64,000 nt of DNA from an uncultured Clostridia bacterium (GTDB lineage Bacteria > Bacillota > Clostridia > Oscillospirales > Oscillospiraceae): positions 69,107 to 133,106 of the forward strand of contig CAMVAV010000001.1 in assembly GCA_947165595.1 (NCBI GenBank), given 5' to 3'. This document shows, piece by piece, positions 36,016 to 45,814 of the stretch. Position 1 is the stretch's first letter. Each line of letters begins with the position of its first letter. The translations under genes were made by a program, and so were the position numbers. Under the pieces are notes generated by a model. It searched no databases. It worked only from the letters and a program-made list of their open reading frames with translations, and was not told the DNA's origin.

Positions 36016-37126
36016 ATTTGAGGTTCTTGACCATGCGCGTCGCGATCAGCAGCGCCGCCTCGCGCGTTGCCTGCGCGTAGCCCGCCGCCTGCTCCGCGGG
36101 GGTCGTCGCCCTGGGCGCGAACTTGTTGTCGCCCACGCCGTTGATAATGCCGTTGGCGTTCATGAAGTACACGCTGTCCTTCGCCCAGCCGGAGATGCTC
36201 GCATCGTCCGCGAACGCGGCGGGCATCCGGAACATGCCCTTGAACTGCTGTGAGAAATTGCCGTCGGTCTCCAGCGTCCAGCCGTCGAGCGCGACCTTCT
36301 TGTAGACGCGGGTGAGCATCGTCGCCGCCTGCTCGCGATTGAGAAGCGTCTTCGGCTCGAACGTCGTGGCGCTGATGCCGTTCGTCACGCCCACGTTGTA
36401 CGCCTTGAGCACCTCGGGGTCGGCCGTGTCGGTGAAGGGGTTCGCCGCCACGGGCGTCGCCTTCGTGCCGGTCAGGGACTCGTAGACCTTGACGCTGACG
36501 GCGGCGAACTCCGCGCGGGTAATGGGCTTGGTGAGGTCCTGGCCCTTGAGGGAATCGGGAATGAGACCCAGCGCCTCCGCCTCGGCGAGCTCCGAGAGTG
36601 CCCAGTCGTGGGCGGTAAAGTCAGCCTTTTCATTGAGCGTCAGCACGTTCGACCAGTCGCTGTAGCGCGGATTGCCGTCCGCGTCCGCGCCGTTGTAGCG
36701 GGCGCGAGCCTTAACCTCAGAATCCACATGCAGCTCATCCAGATAATAAGTCTCATGAATGCCGTTCCAGCGTGGAACCTCATCCGCGTCTTCATAGTAT
36801 CTCCACGCAACCGCCAGCCCGCTTTCCTGCCATTCTCCGCCGTCGATGGAATATTGCAGGTCGATTTGACCAATGTATCCGGCCTGATTATAGCCCAACT
36901 CATGATTTTCAAAATAGTCGATGGCGTTCAGCACGTTTGCGGGCGTCTGTACCGTCACCTCCAGCCAGACGTTGTTTGCCCCGTCGTCGTGAATTTCCAA
37001 ATTGGAGATCACGGGCGGCGTTTTCAGGTCTTCCGCCGTCGGGGCCGTTGCCGCCATAGCGGAGAGCGACAACAGGGAAAATGCCAAAAGAAGTGCGAGA
37101 ACAAAGGGAATACCGCGCTTTTTCAT
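36014..37126 (-). CDS. Exported protein with fibronectin/Ig-like N-terminus and C-terminal SLH domains
   Basis: Signal peptide, YSDWSN strand end, ITRAEFA, LNREQAA, ATREAA SLH motifs. Confidence 0.85.
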   Translation of the reverse strand: MKKRGIPFVLALLLAFSLLSLSAMAATAPTAEDLKTPPVISNLEIHDDGANNVWLEVTVQTPANVLNAIDYFENHELGYNQAGYIGQIDLQYSIDGGEWQESGLAVAWRYYEDADEVPRWNGIHETYYLDELHVDSEVKARARYNGADADGNPRYSDWSNVLTLNEKADFTAHDWALSELAEAEALGLIPDSLKGQDLTKPITRAEFAAVSVKVYESLTGTKATPVAANPFTDTADPEVLKAYNVGVTNGISATTFEPKTLLNREQAATMLTRVYKKVALDGWTLETDGNFSQQFKGMFRMPAAFADDASISGWAKDSVYFMNANGIINGVGDNKFAPRATTPAEQAAGYAQATREAALLIATRMVKNLK

Positions 37127-37160
37127 GGTGTGAGCCTCCTTTTCGTCTTTCGGCTTCGCG

Positions 37161-38132
37161 TCAGAAAAACTTCTTAAACAAACCCTTCGCCGCGTCCGCC
37201 GCCGCCTTCGCGGTATCCGCGGCTGCCTTGACCGCATCGTTCTGCGCCGGCGCCTGTGCCCGCTGCGCCGCGCGCCTGTCGTAATCGCCGACAAAGAAGG
37301 TCATTGTCAGAAAGTCGCCCTGGTTGGCGTCGGTCTTGTCGAACGTGCGGCACACGCCGTCCACTACCTTATAATAAATGTCGCTGTCCTCTCCGTAGAA
37401 GGGGACGAAGCCGTCCGCGCGGAGCAGCGCGACATACTGGCCGAGCCACGCGCCGAGCTGCGCGTCGCTGCCGCCGTGAACGCTGACGGAAACCGCCGGA
37501 TGACCGTTGATCGCGTCGCGTGCCTCGACGCTGACCTCGCCGCCGAGCGTCCACTTGGGGTACTGCGGCAAAAGCTCGTCCCACCGCGCGCTCTGCGCTG
37601 CGCGCGCCTCCTCGGCGGCGGGCAGCAGCGTGCCGCACTCCGCGCAATAGGTCGTGCCGGGAACGTTCTGCCTGCCGCACTTGGGACACAGCGCGCCGGC
37701 GCCGAGCGTCCGTTCCGGAAGCTGCGCGCCGCACTTGGGGCAGAATTTGTGGTCGGCGGTGACGACCTCGCCGCACTGCGGGCACTCCTTCATGTTCTGC
37801 GCCGCCTGCGCCGCCGCGCCCTGCATGGCGGTCGCCCAGCTGCTGAGCGCCGCGCCGAGGTCCGCCATGCCGCCGCCTTGCGCCGGTGCCGCGGTCTGCT
37901 GCGTCGGCGCGCCCTGCGCCGCCTGTACCGCGCTCTGTGCCGCCTCGTGGGTCGCCTGCGTGCTGTCCGCAAGGTCCTGCGTCGCCTGATTGAGGCTCTG
38001 CGCCGCCTGCCCCGCCCACTTGTCGGCGGCGGGACGCACCGCGCCCTCCACCGCCTTGCCGACCGCGTTCTGAATGCCCTTGCCGATCCCCTCGCTGACG
38101 GCGTTGCCGAGAATATTGCCCAAAAGGCCCAT
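37161..38132 (-). CDS. Double zinc-ribbon domain protein
   Basis: CPQC..CPKC..CPKC..CAEC; Ala/Gln-rich N-terminus; RBS GGAGG. Confidence 0.82.
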   Translation of the reverse strand: MGLLGNILGNAVSEGIGKGIQNAVGKAVEGAVRPAADKWAGQAAQSLNQATQDLADSTQATHEAAQSAVQAAQGAPTQQTAAPAQGGGMADLGAALSSWATAMQGAAAQAAQNMKECPQCGEVVTADHKFCPKCGAQLPERTLGAGALCPKCGRQNVPGTTYCAECGTLLPAAEEARAAQSARWDELLPQYPKWTLGGEVSVEARDAINGHPAVSVSVHGGSDAQLGAWLGQYVALLRADGFVPFYGEDSDIYYKVVDGVCRTFDKTDANQGDFLTMTFFVGDYDRRAAQRAQAPAQNDAVKAAADTAKAAADAAKGLFKKFF

Positions 38133-38207
38133 GCTCTCGTCCTCCTTGATGAAATTTGCCAATAGATAAGATGAGTTTAGCACAGGCGTCATACAATTTC
38201 AACAAAT

Positions 38208-38259
38208 ATTTGAGATCAAAGGGGAGCGGCCGCGCGGCCGCTCCCCTTTGATCTCAAAT
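38208..38259. repeat. Perfect 52-bp palindrome (probable terminator)
   Basis: ATTTGAGATCAAAGGGGAGCGGCCGC followed directly by its reverse complement. Confidence 0.9.
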
Positions 38260-38261
38260 TG

Positions 38262-39476
38262 TCAGACGCGGAATTCCTTCCCGCCGGGCAGGTTGACCTT
38301 CGTGTGCAGCAGCAGGCGGTCGCCTGCCTTGAGCCGCGTCGAGCCCTTGGGGATGATGACGCTGCTCCCGCGCTTGACCATGACGAGGATCGTCTGGCGC
38401 GAAATGTCCAGGTCCCGGACCAGCTGGCCGTTCCACGGGCTCTTTTCCAGCAGCACGATCTCCTTGAGATTGACCGTGGTCTTGTCGCGCGCCGGCTCCG
38501 CGCCAAGAATGAGCGTGTCCCCGTCCATGAGCACGACGTCGCCCCGGGGCACCAGCACCTCCCCGTCGCGGTGGACGGCGGTGAGGATGACCCCGTGCGG
38601 CAGGTGCAGGTCCATGACCTTCTTCCCCACCCACGCGTCGTTCGCGCCGAGGCGGAACTTGATGAAGCTGATGTCCTGCTCCCGCGCCACGGTGGCGCTG
38701 GTCTGCACGCTTGCATACTGCTCGACAAAGCCCGCGCTGATGATACCGGTGGGGATGGCGACCATGCCGACGCCGAGGAAGGTGATGATCGCGCCGAGCG
38801 CGCGGCCGAGGGTCGTGATGGGATAGATGTCCCCGTAGCCGACCGTCAGCAGCGTCGAGACCGACCACCAGATGCCGGAGAACGCGTTTTCAAACACGTC
38901 GGGCTGCGCCTCATGCTCCACGCTGTACATGCACAGGCTCGAGGCGAGCATCAGCACGAGGATGATGAACACCGACGAGAGGAGCTGCTGCTTCTTGCCG
39001 GTAAGGACCTCCGCGATGGCGTTGAGCGAATCGTAGTACGCGGTGATGCGGAACAGGCGGAACACGCGCACGACGCGGAACATGCGGAACGCGACCGCGC
39101 CCGCCGGGAAGAAGACCGGCAGATAGTACGGCAAAAAGCTCAAAAGATCGACGACGCCCGTGAACGAGGTGACATATTTGACCACGGCTCGCGCCTCGTT
39201 CTCGTCGCGGACAATATAGCGCGCCGTAAGCAGGCGGAGCGCGTAATCGACGGCGAACAGCGCGGTCGTCACGCCCTCGATCGCGTCGAAGGTCCGCCCG
39301 TACGCCTCGTTGAGCCCGGAAAAGGTGCTCATCACCGACACGGCCAGGTTGACGAGGATGACCGCCGTGATGAAAAAGTCGTAGCCGCGGCTGAGCCAGT
39401 CGTCGTTCGAGCCGATCTCGATCACGCAGGCGACCCGCTTCCGGTACTGTTCAATTTTCAGGCGTCTTTTGTCCAT
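38262..39476 (-). CDS. 6-TM voltage-gated-type K+ channel with C-terminal TrkA-C (RCK_C) domains
   Basis: S4 RMFRVVRVFRLFR, filter TVGYGD, two VPRG/IPKG..L..GD repeats. Confidence 0.92.
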   Translation of the reverse strand: MDKRRLKIEQYRKRVACVIEIGSNDDWLSRGYDFFITAVILVNLAVSVMSTFSGLNEAYGRTFDAIEGVTTALFAVDYALRLLTARYIVRDENEARAVVKYVTSFTGVVDLLSFLPYYLPVFFPAGAVAFRMFRVVRVFRLFRITAYYDSLNAIAEVLTGKKQQLLSSVFIILVLMLASSLCMYSVEHEAQPDVFENAFSGIWWSVSTLLTVGYGDIYPITTLGRALGAIITFLGVGMVAIPTGIISAGFVEQYASVQTSATVAREQDISFIKFRLGANDAWVGKKVMDLHLPHGVILTAVHRDGEVLVPRGDVVLMDGDTLILGAEPARDKTTVNLKEIVLLEKSPWNGQLVRDLDISRQTILVMVKRGSSVIIPKGSTRLKAGDRLLLHTKVNLPGGKEFRV

Positions 39477-39516
39477 ACCGCTACTATACCCCAAGCAGCG
39501 GCAGGTTGCAAGGGTT

Positions 39517-40056
39517 TTAGTAGTTCTCCGCGCGGATCTGGAAATAGCCCTGCGCGTAGCCGCAGACGGGGCAGGTCTCCGGCGCGGTCTTGCCGACGAA
39601 GATGTGCCCGCAGGCGGTGCACTGCCAGATCATGTCCCCGTCGCGGGAGAAGACCAGGCCCTTTTCGATGTTGTCCAGCAGCTTGCGGTAGCGCTCCTCA
39701 TGCTGCCGCTCGATCGCCCCGACCCGTTCAAAGAGCGCCGCGATGCGGTCAAACCCCTCCGAACGCGCCGTCTCCGCGTAGCCGGCGTACAGCTCCGTCC
39801 ACTCGCGGTTCTCGGTCTGCGCCGCGTCCCGGAGCGCGGGGAGCGTCGCGGGCATCGTGCCGCCGTGGAGCTCCTTGTACCACATCTCCGCGTGCTCCTT
39901 CTCGTTGCGCGCCGTCTCGTCGAAGATCGCCGCGATCTGCTGATAGCCGTCCTTGCGCGCCTGAGAAGCGAAGAATTCGTAGCTCGTGCGCGCCTTGCTC
40001 TCGTCGGCGAACGCCTGCCACAGCGCCGCCTCGGTTTTGCTGCCCCTGAGTTCCAT
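39517..40056 (-). CDS. rbr: Rubrerythrin
   Basis: NEKEHA, ERQHEERY, CTACG..CPVCG. Confidence 0.95.
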   Translation of the reverse strand: MELRGSKTEAALWQAFADESKARTSYEFFASQARKDGYQQIAAIFDETARNEKEHAEMWYKELHGGTMPATLPALRDAAQTENREWTELYAGYAETARSEGFDRIAALFERVGAIERQHEERYRKLLDNIEKGLVFSRDGDMIWQCTACGHIFVGKTAPETCPVCGYAQGYFQIRAENY

Positions 40057-40113
40057 TGTCTGCCTCCTTCGGAAGTTGATGGAAGCAGTATGCGCAGGCG
40101 GCGTGCATTTTAT

Positions 40114-41757
40114 TCAACGCACAAAGATCGCCGTCGGGCCGTCCGCGCCGCCGATGATGCCGGCGCCGGAGCCTCCGCTCTGCCGTCCGGCAAAGGCGCT
40201 CTCCACGGGGTCAAACGACACGCCCGCTCGGGAGGCGGTCTCCGCCGCGCTCCATTGGCTGTCGAAGGAAAGGAAGACGTCGTTCTCGTCGGGAGCCACA
40301 TCGCCCTCGCCCCAAACGACCTGTCTGGTGCAGTCGCTCTCCACCGTCCGCATCGGGCCGCTGGAAAGCGCGGCGCAGCAGCGCGGCCCGGAGCCGTCGA
40401 ACACGCAGAGCAGCAGCTCGCCGCGCGGGCTGCGGTACTCCCCGTCAGAGCCAAAGCTGCCATAGCCGCTGCTGCCGGCAATGGCCACGGCGAGCCGCTC
40501 CCCGTCCCAGGCCGATGTCAGGGGCGCGCGCAGAGCGCTTTCGCGGTGCCACTCGTCCAGCTCGTTCAAAGCGCCGGCGGGCGCGTCCAGCAGCAGGGCA
40601 TAGCGGCCGTCCGCGCCGCGCTCGTAATAGCGGACGCGCGAGGGACAAAGCGTGTAAAGGCGCCCGCCCTCCAGCGGCACGCACACCCAGTCGTCCTCGC
40701 CCGTCTCCGAGCCGTCGAACAGCGTCAGGCGCTCCCGGAGGCGCTCCGTCTCCTCGTCCAGCACGACGAGGTCGAGGCCAGCCTCCGTGCGCAGCAAGAC
40801 GAGCAGCGTGCCGTCGCCGCCCTCCATCAGATCGACGGGCGTCTCTCCCTCCGCGAACGGGAGGGCGGCGTGCAGCGCGTCGGCGTCGACCTCCGTGCCA
40901 ATGTTGCCATAGCTGCCCCACCGCGCCTGCCCCACGAGCGGCAGACAGTAAAGGCCGTACCCGTCGCGCAGCTCGCCGAAATCGAGCGGCTCCTCGCCGT
41001 AGCTGTACAGCGCGAACCAGCATTTGCCCTCCGTCAGCGCGCTGCAGGCTTCGATGCCGCCCGTCCGGTTCAATTCCGCGTTCAGCGCCGTGACCATGCC
41101 CCGCGCGTTTTTCGCCACGGTGACGGTGAGCGTCGCGTTCTCCGGCACGGGAACGCGAAAGGCGCCGCGCAGCAGCTCGCCCAGCCCGCTCTCGTCGTTC
41201 CGCAAAAAATAGGGCTTGCCGTGCAGCAGCACCTGGCTTCCGTCGCCCAGCTCGAGGTGGAAGGTAAGCGGAAGATACTTCAGGCAGTCCCGCACGCGAA
41301 GCGTCTCCGTGTGCACTTCGCCCGCCTCCGTGCGGTCCACGACCGGCTGGAGCAGGTCGTAAAAGGCGTCGCCCCAATAGGTGTCGCGCAGCGTGGCGGA
41401 CAGGGTGCCCGGCTCCATGCCGCTGCCGAAGTCGTAGTTGCCCTCTCCCAGCGAGAAGGACACCATCATGCCCGTGGGACGGGGAGCCTCCACGATCTTC
41501 CGCGCGCTCAGCACCGTGCATTCCGTCCGCGCCAGCCCCGGCGCGGCGGCGGGGAGCACGGATTCCCAGTAGAGCCGGCGGTCGCAGGACTGCCGCGCGG
41601 TCAGCGTCAGCCCCTCCGCCGCGGCAAGGTCGCCATAGAGCACCGTTTCGCGGAACTCGACCTCGTCCGCCGTACCCAGAATCAGCCCGTGCGCGGCGGC
41701 GATGCAGCCCAGGGAGAGCGCCGCCGCGACGCACAGCAGGATCGCGCTTCGCTTCAT
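40114..41757 (-). CDS. Exported hypothetical protein ending in a GIIGGADGPTAIFV motif
   Basis: N-terminal signal/TM; ATGA-coupled to the ABC ATPase gene; host-like codon usage. Confidence 0.75.
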   Translation of the reverse strand: MKRSAILLCVAAALSLGCIAAAHGLILGTADEVEFRETVLYGDLAAAEGLTLTARQSCDRRLYWESVLPAAAPGLARTECTVLSARKIVEAPRPTGMMVSFSLGEGNYDFGSGMEPGTLSATLRDTYWGDAFYDLLQPVVDRTEAGEVHTETLRVRDCLKYLPLTFHLELGDGSQVLLHGKPYFLRNDESGLGELLRGAFRVPVPENATLTVTVAKNARGMVTALNAELNRTGGIEACSALTEGKCWFALYSYGEEPLDFGELRDGYGLYCLPLVGQARWGSYGNIGTEVDADALHAALPFAEGETPVDLMEGGDGTLLVLLRTEAGLDLVVLDEETERLRERLTLFDGSETGEDDWVCVPLEGGRLYTLCPSRVRYYERGADGRYALLLDAPAGALNELDEWHRESALRAPLTSAWDGERLAVAIAGSSGYGSFGSDGEYRSPRGELLLCVFDGSGPRCCAALSSGPMRTVESDCTRQVVWGEGDVAPDENDVFLSFDSQWSAAETASRAGVSFDPVESAFAGRQSGGSGAGIIGGADGPTAIFVR

Positions 41758-42488
41758 GTCCCGTCCTCCCCCATCTCCTCCAGCGCCCTCGCCACGCGGT
41801 CCGCGCGGTAGTGATACGTGGTCTTGACGTAGTCCAGCAGCGTCTCGCCCCGGTCGTCCAGCTCCTCGGTCTGCACGTCCCCGACGATCACGCCGTCCCG
41901 AAGCAGCACCGCGCGACCGATGAAGTCCGACACTTCCTCGATCAGGTGCGTGGAGAGCAGCACGGTCTCGCGCTCGGTCAAAAGGCCCAGCAGCACCTTG
42001 TAGAAGTCCTCGCGGTTGAAGACGTCGTTGCCCGCGAACGGCTCGTCCATGAGGATATAGTCCGCGCCCTGCGAGAGCGCGAGAACGACCTCAAACTGGT
42101 TCTTCTGCCCCGTGGAGAAGGATTTGAGCGCCTTGTCCGCGGGAAGAGCGAAAAAGTCCGTCAGGCTCGCGTAGCGTTTTTCGAGGAAGGTCGGGAAGTG
42201 CTCCGCGTAAAAGTCGCGGTGCGCCCGCGCCGTCAGGTCGGGGAAAAACGAGTGCTCGCTCGTGGCGAACGAGAGCTTCTCGATGTTGCTCCGGCCGACG
42301 CTCTCGCCGTCGAGCGTGATGTCGCCCTCGAAGCGAACGAGGCGCAGGATCGACTTCATCAGCGTGGTCTTGCCCGCGCCGTTCTCGCCGAACAGCCCCA
42401 CGATCTCGCCGCGCGGCAGCCGAAGATCGACGCCCTTGAGCGCCTCCTTCGCGCCGTAGCGCTTTTTGACGTTTTTGAGCTCCAGCAT
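41754..42488 (-). CDS. ABC transporter ATP-binding protein
   Basis: GENGAGKTT, FSTGQ, ILMDEP, STH. Confidence 0.93.
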   Translation of the reverse strand: MLELKNVKKRYGAKEALKGVDLRLPRGEIVGLFGENGAGKTTLMKSILRLVRFEGDITLDGESVGRSNIEKLSFATSEHSFFPDLTARAHRDFYAEHFPTFLEKRYASLTDFFALPADKALKSFSTGQKNQFEVVLALSQGADYILMDEPFAGNDVFNREDFYKVLLGLLTERETVLLSTHLIEEVSDFIGRAVLLRDGVIVGDVQTEELDDRGETLLDYVKTTYHYRADRVARALEEMGEDGT

Positions 42489-42493
42489 GTCTC

Positions 42494-43012
42494 TCACCCC
42501 CAAAATCTCTGTCCCGCCGGAGGCAGCCACTCCGGCGGCGTAAAGCGCAGATAGATTGCGTAATAAACGCCCGTCAGCAGCGCGAACAAGAGCAGGCACA
42601 AAAGCGCCGCGAGCACCGGCAGCGCGAAGCAGCGGCGGCGGTACTCCCACGGGTCACGCAGGCGGCGCAGGGTGTAGTCGCTGCGCGCGCCGGAGCGGCA
42701 GCGCAGGAAGTTGTTCACCGCGCCGTAGAGCAGATAGACCGCCGCGACACAGGGAAACGGCGTCAGGAACCGGCGCGCCAGCGTCCAGAACGGCGGCATT
42801 CCCGGATAGGCAACGAAGTGATTCAGCAGTTCCGCCGTGGAGACGTAGTGCTGCCCGCGCTCGAGCAGCGCCTGCCGCTCGTTCAGATAGGGCGGCAGAA
42901 GGAACAGGCTGACGACGCTCAGCGTCAGCATGACCGCGAAATAAAATCTTGTATGCTGCCGCCAGTCCTGCCCCGGCAGGGCCAGGCGGGACAGATCAAG
43001 CCCGCGCGCCAT
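42494..43012 (-). CDS. Membrane protein, putative ABC permease
   Basis: Three TM helices, YTLRRL motif, operon position. Confidence 0.7.
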   Translation of the reverse strand: MARGLDLSRLALPGQDWRQHTRFYFAVMLTLSVVSLFLLPPYLNERQALLERGQHYVSTAELLNHFVAYPGMPPFWTLARRFLTPFPCVAAVYLLYGAVNNFLRCRSGARSDYTLRRLRDPWEYRRRCFALPVLAALLCLLLFALLTGVYYAIYLRFTPPEWLPPAGQRFWG

Positions 43013-43712
43013 CGCTTTCCGCCTCCTTCTCCGTCTCGTCGTTCAAGCCATGCGGATGGATCACACACAATGCGATGCAGCTGAGCGCGAACACCATGTC
43101 CGGCAGGACCTGAAGCGGGCTGTTTCCCGTTTCGAGGAAAAAAACGCGCAGCGTCAGCACCGTCAATATCCCGGAGAGGGCGTTTTTCGTCCGCTCCCGC
43201 GCCGTCGCGCAGCCGAGCGCCGCGAACCACAGCACGTTCCGCGGATAGCCATACCAGTCGCCCAGCGGCAGCAGACAGTGCAGAAACGGCACGCGGCAGA
43301 ACGCCAGCAGGAGCGTCTGCCTTTCCCACGCCCCCGGCAGCAGCGCCCGCCGCGCGAGGCACAGCCCCAGCAGCACGGCGACCTGTACGCCCCAGAGCAG
43401 GAGATAGCACAGCGTGTTGTGCGCGGCGTGGATCAAAAACGCCCGCCGCTCCGTCACCGCGAGGCGGTGGAGCGTATAGCCCGGTCTCGCGCCCTTTTCC
43501 GCCGAGACGGAGATCAGCGCGGTCGTCAGCGCGAGGAACGCGCAGGCCGCCGCGATCGAGAGCGGGCAGTCGGTCAGAAGCTGCTCCAGGCTCCCCTCCG
43601 GCGAGCGGCGCAGCGCTATTGCGAACAGCGCCGCGTCTCCCGCCGCCAGCATCGCCAGGATCAACAGCACCCACCTCCGGCAGCGCCGCGTCCACAGTCC
43701 GAACAGGCTCAT
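42996..43712 (-). CDS. Membrane protein, putative ABC permease
   Basis: Multiple TM helices, YTLHRL motif, operon position. Confidence 0.7.
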   Translation of the reverse strand: MSLFGLWTRRCRRWVLLILAMLAAGDAALFAIALRRSPEGSLEQLLTDCPLSIAAACAFLALTTALISVSAEKGARPGYTLHRLAVTERRAFLIHAAHNTLCYLLLWGVQVAVLLGLCLARRALLPGAWERQTLLLAFCRVPFLHCLLPLGDWYGYPRNVLWFAALGCATARERTKNALSGILTVLTLRVFFLETGNSPLQVLPDMVFALSCIALCVIHPHGLNDETEKEAESDGARA

Positions 43713-44101
43713 GCCTTCTCATCCTCCTCCCAAAAGCGCTCCACCAGCTCCAGCGCCTCGTCCTTTGTCACGCCGGTCCTTCGCAGCGAACCGACCAGCG
43801 TCCGCGCCTCGCTCTCGACCAGCTCCCGCCGCACGCGCTCCACCGCCGCGGCGGAGAGCACCACATAGCTCTTCGCACCGGAGTGGTTGCTGATGAGGCC
43901 TTCCTCCTCCAACTCGCGGTACGCCCGCTGCACGGTGTTGGGATTGATCCCCAGCGTCGCGGAGAGCACCCGGCGCGAGGGCAGCGCGTCCCCGTCCGCG
44001 ATCGCGCCCGAGGCGATGCCGCGCCGGATGTGCCGCAATATCTGATAGTAAAGCGGACTGCCGTCCTCCGCCCTGAAATCGTCAAAGGAGATCACGCGCA
44101 T
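43709..44101 (-). CDS. GntR family regulator (YtrA subfamily)
   Basis: PLYYQI, LPSRR, INPNTVQRAYRELE; short C-terminus; heads an ABC operon. Confidence 0.92.
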   Translation of the reverse strand: MRVISFDDFRAEDGSPLYYQILRHIRRGIASGAIADGDALPSRRVLSATLGINPNTVQRAYRELEEEGLISNHSGAKSYVVLSAAAVERVRRELVESEARTLVGSLRRTGVTKDEALELVERFWEEDEKA

Positions 44102-44120
44102 CGCCTCCCTTCCGAAAAAA

Positions 44121-44182
44121 CTGTATCACTCAATTAACACGGTTGATAACCGTATTATACGAATGATACAGTTTGTTGTCAA
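44121..44182 (-). promoter_or_regulatory. Consensus promoter with paired YtrA-type operators
   Basis: TTGACA-17 bp-TATAAT; inverted repeat CTGTATCA...TGATACAG spanning 44121-44171. Confidence 0.8.
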
Positions 44183-44192
44183 GCGGTATTTT

Positions 44193-44234
44193 AAAAAAAC
44201 AGGCCGGATCGACCTGAGACGGTGATCCGGCCTG
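44193..44234 (-). terminator. Intrinsic terminator
   Basis: CAGGCCGGATC stem followed by a T-run on the minus strand. Confidence 0.75.
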
Positions 44235-44259
44235 CAATATTCGGGCTTGTCCGACGGCG

Positions 44260-45708
44260 TCAGCCGCGGCTGATGGGGGCGACGCTGCGCTCCTGCTCGC
44301 GGTGGATGAGCGGCTCGATCGCGCGCGGGACGGGCGGGGTCTTGAGATTGCGCTTCTTGATGAAGTTCGGCGCGACCTGCGGGAACAGCGCGAGAGACAA
44401 AACGTCCTCCTCGCTCTGGGCGAGACCGGCGAACTCGGCGCGGTACTTGGGAAGCTCCGGCTCCAGAAGGTCGGCGGGACGGCAGGTGATGACCTCCTCC
44501 GGCTTGATGCCCGCCTTGGCGCGGACCTCCTCGTTGACCGTTCCGGGGAGCTTGCCGTACTCGCCCTTGAGCATGGCGCGGGACTCCTTGGGGATCATCT
44601 TGTAACGCTCGCCGGTGATGATGTTCATCACCGCCTGCGTGCCGACGATCTGGGACGACGGCGTGACCAGCGGCGGGAAGCCGAAGTCCTCGCGCACGCG
44701 CGGGATCTCCGCCAGCACGTCGTAATACTTGTCCTCCTTCCCCGCCTGCTTGAGCTGGGAAATGAGGTTCGAGAGCATGCCGCCCGGCACCTGATAAAGA
44801 AGCGTGTTCGTGTCGACGTTGAGCACCTTGGGGTCGAGCGCGCCGGTGTCCTTGAGCCGCTGGGCAACCTTGCGGAAGTGCGCGGCGGCATCGCTCATCT
44901 TATTGAGGTCGAGCCCGGTGTCGCGCACCGTGCCCTTGAGCGTCGCGACGAGGGATTCGGTGGCGGGCTGGCTCGTGCCGTTCGCCAGCGGGGAGAGCGC
45001 GCAGTCCACGATATCGACGCCGGCGTAGGCCGCCATCAGGTTGACCATGTCGCCCGTGCCGGTGGTGTTGTGGGTGTGCAGATGGATGGGGATCTTCACC
45101 GTCTCCTTCAGGCGCTTGACGAGGGAGAAGGCGTCCATCGGCAGCAGCAGGTTCGCCATATCCTTGATGCACAGAGAATCCGCGCCCATCTGCTCGAGCT
45201 CCTGCGCCAGCTTGACGAAGTAATCCTCGTTGTGGATCGGGGAGATCGTGTACGAGAGCGTCGCCTCGACGTGCCCGCCGTACTTCTTGGTGGACTTGAT
45301 CGCCTGCTCCAGATTGCGGATGTCGTTGAGCGCGTCAAAGATACGGATGATGTCAATGCCGTTTTCGATCGACTTCGCGCAGAACATATCCACCACGTCG
45401 TCGGCGTAGTGCTTGTAGCCGAGGATGTTCTGTCCGCGGAAGAGCATTTGCAGCTTCGTGTGCGGCAAATGCGCGCGCAGCGTGCGCAGACGCACCCACG
45501 GGTCCTCGTCGAGGAAGCGCATGCAGGAGTCAAACGTCGCGCCGCCCCAGCACTCGAGGGAGTAGTAGCCGATGGAGTCCAGCACCTCGCACGCGGGGAG
45601 CATATCCTCCAGCGTCATGCGGGTCGCCGCCTGCGACTGGTGGGCGTCGCGCAGAATGGTATCGGTGATGAGAAGAGGCTTGTTAGACAGAAAATCCATA
45701 AACGGCAT
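44260..45708 (-). CDS. Pyruvate/oxaloacetate carboxyltransferase (OadA/PycB/5S-like), no biotinyl domain
   Basis: LRDAHQS, ECWGGATFD, IKDMA, HTH, PGGMLSN, PPLVTPSSQIVG; no AMKM motif. Confidence 0.92.
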   Translation of the reverse strand: MPFMDFLSNKPLLITDTILRDAHQSQAATRMTLEDMLPACEVLDSIGYYSLECWGGATFDSCMRFLDEDPWVRLRTLRAHLPHTKLQMLFRGQNILGYKHYADDVVDMFCAKSIENGIDIIRIFDALNDIRNLEQAIKSTKKYGGHVEATLSYTISPIHNEDYFVKLAQELEQMGADSLCIKDMANLLLPMDAFSLVKRLKETVKIPIHLHTHNTTGTGDMVNLMAAYAGVDIVDCALSPLANGTSQPATESLVATLKGTVRDTGLDLNKMSDAAAHFRKVAQRLKDTGALDPKVLNVDTNTLLYQVPGGMLSNLISQLKQAGKEDKYYDVLAEIPRVREDFGFPPLVTPSSQIVGTQAVMNIITGERYKMIPKESRAMLKGEYGKLPGTVNEEVRAKAGIKPEEVITCRPADLLEPELPKYRAEFAGLAQSEEDVLSLALFPQVAPNFIKKRNLKTPPVPRAIEPLIHREQERSVAPISRG

Positions 45709-45764
45709 GTCCTTTCTGAAAGATTTGTCTTATTTTATCATAGCCGTCCACGCTTTGCAAGGGC

Positions 45765-45801
45765 AAAAAAAAGCGCCCCCGCGCAAAAGCGCGGGGGACG
45801 C
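45765..45801 (-). terminator. Intrinsic terminator
   Basis: CCCCCGCGC stem with T8 on the minus strand. Confidence 0.7.
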
Positions 45802-45814
45802 CGGATCGCGTGGC

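Noticed and set aside
44260-45708. Complete Na+-pumping oxaloacetate decarboxylase operon
   Set aside because: No beta, gamma or biotin-carrier genes are adjacent; standalone carboxyltransferases are common in Clostridia.
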